Assembly: GCA_963707075.1 (NCBI GenBank)
Contig: CAVPOX010000022.1
Coordinates: 32,076 to 96,075, forward strand
DNA length: 64,000 nucleotides
Source of the DNA: an uncultured Acidobacteriota bacterium
GTDB lineage: Bacteria; Acidobacteriota; Thermoanaerobaculia; Multivoradales; JAHEKO01
Direction of reading: 5' to 3'
Both the position numbers and the translations under genes were made by a program. This document shows, one piece after another, positions 57,811 to 64,000 of the stretch (within the stretch, counting starts at the first letter, position 1; every line of letters starts with the position of its first letter). Below the pieces are notes generated by a model. The model was not told the origin of the DNA, did not search any database, and saw only the letters and a list, made by a program, of their open reading frames with translations.

Positions 57811-59897
57811 TTGATACGCTGGCACCCAGTGTCGAGGACATTGCCACTCAGCGCCCTGTGGAACCTGGTGCCGCGACCCGTCCTCGGGTTCGAGGCCGTT
57901 CTCCTCGCCGCCCTCTTCCTGCTCTTCAGGGCTCGCGCGTCTCTTGGAGTTCCCGTCGAGGGCAATGGCATGGACCAGGTTCTCATGGTGGGACTCTTTC
58001 TGCTCATCGCGAGTCACCTGGTCTGGTTCTCCTGGCTTCTCAGCAGAGCCAGCCGGAACGGAAACTCTCCAGTCGGCGACGTGGCCCTTTTTCGTCCTGC
58101 CTCTACTTGCTCTACCTGCTGATCCTTCCCTGGTCGACTTCGCGCCGCGGGCTCGACGGAGACGAGCCCTACTTTCTGCTGATCGCGCACAGCCTGGCAT
58201 ACGACTTCGATGTCGAGCTGACCAACAATTATGCGAATGCGGGATTCCCTTCGTTTCGTCGACCGGGCACTGGAGCCCTCGTGGGCTGATCCGAAACGGG
58301 CTGACGGTCGAGCCTTCTCGCGGCACAGTCCCGTGCTGCCCCTGCTTCTGGCGCCTGGATACCGATTGGGCTGGCAAGCTCGGAGCCCTGGTGACGATGG
58401 CTCTGATGACGGCTCTGGCGAGCGGGTTGGCCTACCGTCTGGCCCGACGCTATTGGCCTGAATACCCTGGCGAGGTGCTCTGGGCCTGGGCCCTCCTCTC
58501 TCTGACACCACCACTGCTTCTCTACTCGCACCAGATCTGGGTCGAGGTGCCGGCCATGATCCTGGTGCTGGTGGCACTTGGACAACTCTTGTCTCTTCAG
58601 GAGAACACCTCGTCACCGCAGGCGGCACTGGCTGATTCTGGCGACGGTGGTGGTGCTTCTCCCCGCTCTGAAGCTGCGATTCGCCCTGCTGACGGCGCCC
58701 CTGTTGGTCTTGGCCTGGTGGCGCGCGGGTCGTAATCGCAAGGTGCTCCTCGGAGGAGGATGCGGCCTGGTTCTGCTCATCGGCGGTCTTGCCGCGATCA
58801 ACCACGCGACGACGGGCAAGTGGCTGCGGGATCACTCGCTCGATCAGTTGGCCGAGATCCAGGCGCGCCATCCCGTCGAGTATCTGACCGGAGCTGCCGG
58901 GCTCTTCTGGGACTGCGCCTTCGGCCTCTTTGCAGCCAACCCCGCCTGGGTGCTCTTGATCCCCGCACTACTCCTGGTGATCTGGCAGCGTCGACCTGTC
59001 GCACTGGATCTGCTGGTTCTGGGCCTGCCGTATCTGGCTGTTATTGCGCCACGGGCAGAGTGGTATGGCGCCTGGTCGCCGCCCTTCCGGTTCGGCCTCG
59101 TCCTGTTGCCCCTGCTTGCCATGGCATTGGTACCACTGCTCGCGCGCGCCGACCGGAGTCGGAGCCCGCGTGATCACAGCCGCCTCTCTGGCGCTGGGTA
59201 CCGCATTCACGCTGCTCTGGATGGCGGAGCCGGGCTGGACCTACAACCTCGCTACCGGCACGAATCATCTTTTCGACCATCTGGCTTCACTCTGGTCGGC
59301 AGATGTCGCACGGTTTTTCCCCAGCATGGTGAGACCGAGAGTTGCCAGCTGGCTTGTGCCGCTCCTGGCAGGTGCCTCCGTGACGGCCTTCTGGTGGTGG
59401 CCACGGGCGAGGTCCGAATGGCGCAATTCCGGCGTTGCGCTGGCCCTGCTAGCCGTTGCGGCGGTCCCGCTCGCGGCCCATCGGGCGCCCACTGGCGTGA
59501 TCGAATTCGAAGACCGACAGGTGACCAAGCAGGGAGGGCTCCTCTATCCCGAGCCGTGGGTTCCCTATCGCCCACGCTTTCGGGGCGGCTGGCGTCTGAC
59601 TCCCGGTGACTCGGTCGCTGCACCCGTCGTACCCGGCGGGGACCGACTGTCGGTCGAGCTTCAGCTGATGCGAGTCGGCAGGAGTGAAGCGACTCCTCGC
59701 AGTCTCGCTGCTGGCCGGCAAGGATGCCCTCGCAAGCGCCACGCTCGACTTGGCGCGCAGACTGGCAGACCGTCACCTTCGAAGGTCTCGACTGGATGGA
59801 AGGCGAACCGCTCGTCCTGAAACTGGATGGATCGGGCTCGGACGGCGTCACCGAGAGCGCGGTGGTTCTCGACCGTGCCATCCTCCGCTGGAAATGA
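57811..59897 (+). pseudogene. GT-C-type polytopic membrane glycosyltransferase-like gene, multiply frameshifted
   Basis: Successive frames give GDEPYFLLIAHSL..DFDVELTNNY, SRHSPVLPLLLAPGY, YSHQIWVEVPA, LKLRF, GLFAANP, WYGAWSPPFRF and a C-terminal soluble domain ending VLDRAILRWK*. At least 6 shifts. Confidence 0.65.
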
Positions 59898-59961
59898 TCT
59901 TTCGGGGATGCGACGAAGACTTGGCTTCGAGCCGCAGCACGGCTTCGGTCATAATCGCGCC

Positions 59962-60673
59962 ATGAGCGAGCCTCTCATCGACAAACCCACTCTTCTTCGA
60001 CGAGTCGCCAGACCCTTTGTGGCCGGCGCCCTGGCCACGTTGCCCCTGGCTTTGACCTTGGTGGTCATTCTTCTGGTTGGCAGGCTTCATTCAGCGACTC
60101 CTCGGGCCAACGAGCATCTTCGGCAAGCTGCTCGAATCGATCGGGGTGCAGTTCGTGACCTCGAAACGCGTGGGCTACCTCATTGGGCTCGCACTCGCTC
60201 TGGTGTTGATCTACCTCTTCGGTCTGCTGGTTCAGTCCGGCATGAAGGCCCGCTGGCACAGCATGGTCGACACCGTGATGAATCGCGTTCCCCTGGTCAG
60301 CACGGTCTACGACTCCTCGAAGAAGATCATCGCCCTCTTCGACCGCCAGGGGCCCGCGGAGATACGAGAGATGAGTCCGGTGATGTGCTACTTCGGTGGC
60401 AAGGGGAGTACGGCGGTGCTGGCTTTGATGCCGAGTCGCAAGATCGTCGTGTTGAACGGCACCGAGTACCGCGCCGTGCTCGTTCCCTCGGCCCCGATGC
60501 CATTCACGGGCGCTCTGGTCTACGTGCCGGCCAAATGGGTCGAACCTGCCAATATCCCACTCGATGGCCTGTTCAACATCTACATGTCCATGGGAGTCAC
60601 TTCCAAGGACTATCTGAACGGCCAGGATTCTTTCGAGATTCCCGCTCCCCACGAAGCGAAGCACGACGCGTAG
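59962..60673 (+). CDS. DUF502 family protein, one frameshift near 60070
   Basis: FVAGALATLPLALT in one frame continues into RVPLVSTVY, VLVPSAPMPFTG and YMSMG in the next. Confidence 0.8.
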
Positions 60674-60723
60674 AGCCGCACTTCAAGGGACTGCAGATCC
60701 GCCGGGCGACCGGTTTTGCGATG

Positions 60724-61291
60724 TCAGGGGCTCTCTGACTGGATCGAGTCCACCACCTTCTGCAGCTGAGCCCGATGCTTTCCCCAGGTCTGCGGACGAC
60801 CCACGTACAGGGCAACGGTGATCACAGCCTCTCGGGGCTGAAAGAGCGCCACGGCAAACTCGACCTCTTCGCCGAGTCGACGCGCGATGCCCGTACATCG
60901 TCTTCGCTGGCATGCCGCCGAACGACGTGTCCTTCGGTTGCGAGGACTCGACATTGGTGAACAGGTCACCATCGAGTGAAGCGATGTATTCGAGAGGCCT
61001 TGTCGAAGTCCCCGAACCGAGTCGGGAGCGACCCAGATGCCGAACCAGAGCTTGCTGCCATCACTCGGCATGGCTTCGAGAATTCGCAGCCCGGGCTTAC
61101 CCCCCTTGAGGGTGCCAGCAGCCTTGGCATCGGAGACGAAGTCCGCATCGACGTACCAGTCGTCGGGAAAGTCGATCGAGAAAAGGGCTTCATCGTCGTG
61201 TTGATAGGTCTGTCGCTCAGCTCGGCACAGACCCGGTACCAGGGCGACAAGCCAGGATCAGTAGTGTCGGAACTCTCGAGTGTCTCAGCAT
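60724..61291 (-). CDS. Secreted hypothetical protein, frameshifted
   Basis: ATG at 61291 with a signal-like start. The fragments LFSIDFPDDW, KLWFGIWVAP, GGMPAK and EFAVALF...KVVDSI fall in alternating frames. Confidence 0.5.
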
Positions 61292-61297
61292 AGCGAC

Positions 61298-61477
61298 CTA
61301 CCAGTAGCGCCCGTGGCTGTTGATACCGATGTTGATGCTGTGTCCCCAATCACCATTGGGACTGCGATGGATTCCGATTCCCGTGCTCACACTGGGGTTA
61401 CCCGAACACCCACCCAGCACCAGAAACAGGACGACGATACCGGCAATCGTCAACAGGTGTGCTGCAATTCGTTTCAT
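61298..61477 (-). CDS. Small 59-aa lipoprotein (not in the ORF track)
   Basis: GGAGGAG RBS; MKRIAAHLLTIAGIVVLFLVLGG-CSGNPSVSTGIGIHRSPNGDWGHSINIGINSHGRYW. Confidence 0.7.
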   Translation of the reverse strand: MKRIAAHLLTIAGIVVLFLVLGGCSGNPSVSTGIGIHRSPNGDWGHSINIGINSHGRYW

Positions 61478-61504
61478 GGCGTCTCCTCCCGCACATACTA
61501 CCCC

Positions 61505-62301
61505 GGTGACAGGATACTGTCTTCAACAGATTGAACTCACTCGGAGCGAAGAATCACTGTCCGAACCTTGTCCCCACGCTGCTTTCCCTGGCCATGGCCT
61601 GAGTGAGCGACCCACATAGCTCTCCAGCCTGTCGATGAATGCATCATCACCGAGCGGGCGACCCGTCCGCCATGCCTGCGAAGGTCATCGGTCATGGCTT
61701 CTGGTTCAGACGTCTCGTCCAACAGCAGATCCCACCCCTCGATTCGCTCCTCCAGCGGATTCATCGTCACCAACGGATCGTCCTTCCATCGGCGGTGGCA
61801 TGCCAGGCTGCTGAACGGCCAGTCGCTTGCCTTGGCGACAAGCCCGGCCCTTACCGGGTTCAAGAGGATGTAACGCACCGCGGCGAGAAGATGAGACTCA
61901 TCCATCGGAAATGATGCGAATCTCTCTTGCCAAAGGTGTCCTTTCCACTCGAATCGCCTGTTGACCTGGATCGCGTGCCTTCGGTGTGCTTCCCCAAGAG
62001 CTCTCGCCAGCGCATCGCGACTAGCCGGGACAGCAATGAGGTGGACATGGTTTGGCATCAGACAATAGGCCCAGATCTCCACTCCATGCTTCTCGGTCTG
62101 TTCTCGCAGCAGGCTCCTGTATGAGTCGTAGTCCTCGGATGAGAAGAACACCTCCATTCGGCGGGCACCCCTCTGCGTCACATGATGGGGAATCCCCGGA
62201 ACCACGACTCTTGCCATGCGGGCCATCGACCCAGTAGACGAAAGACAAGCCAGGAATCTTTCAATCAATTGAATGGAAGGCCGAGAAAGTATCCTGTCAC
62301 C
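61505..62301 (-). mobile_element. 797-bp RAYT/IS200-like element bounded by terminal inverted repeats
   Basis: GGTGACAGGATACTGTCT (61505-61522) matches the reverse complement of 62284-62301 at 17/18. TTCAA-N4-TTGAA hairpins lie at 61522-61535 and 62260-62273. Confidence 0.75.
61537..62226 (-). CDS. REP-associated tyrosine transposase (RAYT, Y1 HUH family)
   Basis: HHVTQRG, HUH motif YCLMPNHVHL, GHLWQERF, catalytic YILLNPVRAGLV and WPFSS. A frameshift near 61670 hides the tail RTGRPLGDDAF. Confidence 0.9.
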   Translation of the reverse strand: MARMARVVVPGIPHHVTQRGARRMEVFFSSEDYDSYRSLLREQTEKHGVEIWAYCLMPNHVHLIAVPASRDALARALGEAHRRHAIQVNRRFEWKGHLWQERFASFPMDESHLLAAVRYILLNPVRAGLVAKASDWPFSSLACHRRWKDDPLVTMNPLEERIEGWDLLLDETSEPEAMTDDLRRHGGRVARSVMMHSSTGWRAMWVAHSGHGQGKQRGDKVRTVILRSE

Positions 62302-64000
62302 TAGGATGTGCTGAGTCGGCGCATCACTGTCGGTATCCGGGCAACGATCCACAGCCAGGTCTGCCGCAGCCACCAACCGATGCGAACGCTGGCGTAGTAG
62401 AGGGCCGGCAGCACCAGGAGGATGAGCACGGTACTCGAGAGCAGACCGCCGATCGAGGTCAGAGCGAGATTCTGCCAGATGTCCTGATTCGTGGTGTCGA
62501 GCCAGTGCAGGGTGATCGGCAGCTCGAGTCCAATCCATGGCAGCTTCGACGGGACACGCTCGACCTGAATCAGCAGGGGCAACAGACCGACGATTGTCGT
62601 GCCGCTGGTCAGGAGAATCGACCGCAACCGAATTCGAGTACCGTGACTCACCGCCAGACGCAACAGACGAGGACGCTCCTGCGCTGGCAGCACGAACAGA
62701 TCACTGCCGCCCAGAGTGTGGCGCGAACCGGGAAAGATCGCGGCGTCCCTCTCGGGATCCCCACCCAGTCGGGCCCGCAAGATCATGCTGCTCTCGGTGC
62801 GGAAACGACTGACCAACAGAATCGCGTTGTTCACCACAACACCGAACAGCAGCACCAGTCCCACCTGGGCCGATGAGTCGAACTCGGCACCGGTCTTCCA
62901 GTAGATGACGAAGACACCGACCAGCGCCATCGGCAGGGATGTCAACACCAGAAAAGGCAGCGTGACGCTCTCGAACAGCGCCATCAACACCATGAGAATA
63001 AAGACCGCAGCCAGCACCGTCGTCAGGACCAGATCGCTCTCTTCCTCCTCCGTCAGAAACTGCTGCCGCGACTCCTCCGCCGCGTAGCCGTAGGGCAAGT
63101 CCATCGATTCAATGATGCTCTCGATATAGGCGACTCGCATGTGATTGGTCCCTACGTACTCCCAATTCACCAACATCGAATAGCGCTGATTCTCGCGCAC
63201 GATCGCGTCGGACAACGGCACGGTTTCAATCGCCACGAGATCGCCCACCAGCACCGAGCCACCGTCCTCGGTCTTGATCACCTCGCTGAACAATGCCGAC
63301 ACATCGAAAGAGTCCGCACCCGCGAACTCGAGTTGTACCCGCTGTTGCTCACCATCCACCAGCATCGTCCAGGGTATGTCGAGACCCAGCAACCGACGTA
63401 CCGTACTCACCACCTCGAGCACGGTCAGTCCGTGATCGGCCAGCACGTCGCGCCGCAGCGAAATCAACGTCTCCTCGTTGCTCGAGCGGCCGAAGAGCTC
63501 CGAGCCGGTGATGCGTGGATTGCGCACCCGCCGGTTGCGCTCCACCTTGGCCAGGGTCTGCTCGGCGATCTCCGTCAAACGTTTTGAGTTGTAGCCGGTG
63601 ATCTTGACCAGCGAATTCAACGCCGAACCCGCGAGATTGCCCTTCATATACGGCGACTCATCGAAGCCCGAGATGAAGATAGCGGTCCCGCCCGTGGCAT
63701 CCGCCAGCTCGACCAGCAACGAGCGGTACAGCAACGGAATCCCGGTCGTCAGCAGGTAGTCGTCGAACTCGACCTCCATATAGGCCTGGCTCCCGAAGAC
63801 GGTGCTGCGCATCTCGGCACCGTCGTGAATCGGCAACAGCAGCCCTTCGAACCGCAGCATTGTCTCGGAGGTCACCTCGACATCGGTCCCCTCGGCCATG
63901 CGCATGTAGAAGATCAGCTTCTCGTCATCCGGCATGCGAAAGAAACCACCCTTGATCACGTCGTTCTGGTAGACGGTGAAGCCCCAGTAGAAAAGTGCGA
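62301..64000 (-). CDS. RND efflux permease (AcrB/AcrD/AcrF family), 3' part only
   Basis: ALFESVTLPFLVLTSLPMALVG, GVVVNNAILLV, RLRSILLTSGTTIVGLLPL and IGGLLSST; runs off the window end. Confidence 0.9.
   Translation of the reverse strand, partial: ALFYWGFTVYQNDVIKGGFFRMPDDEKLIFYMRMAEGTDVEVTSETMLRFEGLLLPIHDGAEMRSTVFGSQAYMEVEFDDYLLTTGIPLLYRSLLVELADATGGTAIFISGFDESPYMKGNLAGSALNSLVKITGYNSKRLTEIAEQTLAKVERNRRVRNPRITGSELFGRSSNEETLISLRRDVLADHGLTVLEVVSTVRRLLGLDIPWTMLVDGEQQRVQLEFAGADSFDVSALFSEVIKTEDGGSVLVGDLVAIETVPLSDAIVRENQRYSMLVNWEYVGTNHMRVAYIESIIESMDLPYGYAAEESRQQFLTEEEESDLVLTTVLAAVFILMVLMALFESVTLPFLVLTSLPMALVGVFVIYWKTGAEFDSSAQVGLVLLFGVVVNNAILLVSRFRTESSMILRARLGGDPERDAAIFPGSRHTLGGSDLFVLPAQERPRLLRLAVSHGTRIRLRSILLTSGTTIVGLLPLLIQVERVPSKLPWIGLELPITLHWLDTTNQDIWQNLALTSIGGLLSSTVLILLVLPALYYASVRIGWWLRQTWLWIVARIPTVMRRLSTS

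Overview
GC-rich bacterial chromosomal window. It is probably from an Acidobacteriota (Thermoanaerobaculia-like) genome, an inference from the protein families present, and probably a long-read or metagenome assembly, since single-base indels cluster at about 21-25 kb and 58-62 kb. The first 17.7 kb is housekeeping: a DUF1573 protein, mpl-TPR-RDD, a complete H+-type F1Fo operon (atpZ-I-B-E-F-H-A-G-D-C), and HAD, NUDIX and FAH genes. Next come a cobalamin riboswitch controlling btuB-F-D-C and a Zrg/ZnuA-like metal ABC module. The rest is a long accessory tract of envelope and secreted proteins: DUF2092, DUF6515, DcaP porin, MscS, L,D-transpeptidase, HdeD, Sfp PPTase, an SLC12-like transporter, an FG-GAP protein, an ECF/ZAS pair, DtxR-HemP-TonB receptor, beta-CA, a ChW protein, NDH-2, a GT-C-like gene and DUF502. 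It ends with a RAYT-type HUH transposase and a partial RND permease. No rRNA, tRNA or CRISPR array was seen. Most notable: (i) the HUH transposase is bracketed by 18-bp terminal inverted repeats plus matching subterminal hairpins; (ii) a duplicated promoter-like motif TGAATCCTT-N13-GWCTCT suggests a small ECF regulon; (iii) two related structured intergenic elements lie 10 kb apart; (iv) the ATP synthase has a 68-aa alpha-subunit loop and signal-peptide-like leaders on subunits b and c; (v) a Cys-tailed DtxR with a perfect palindromic operator heads an iron-uptake operon; (vi) several genes look leaderless.
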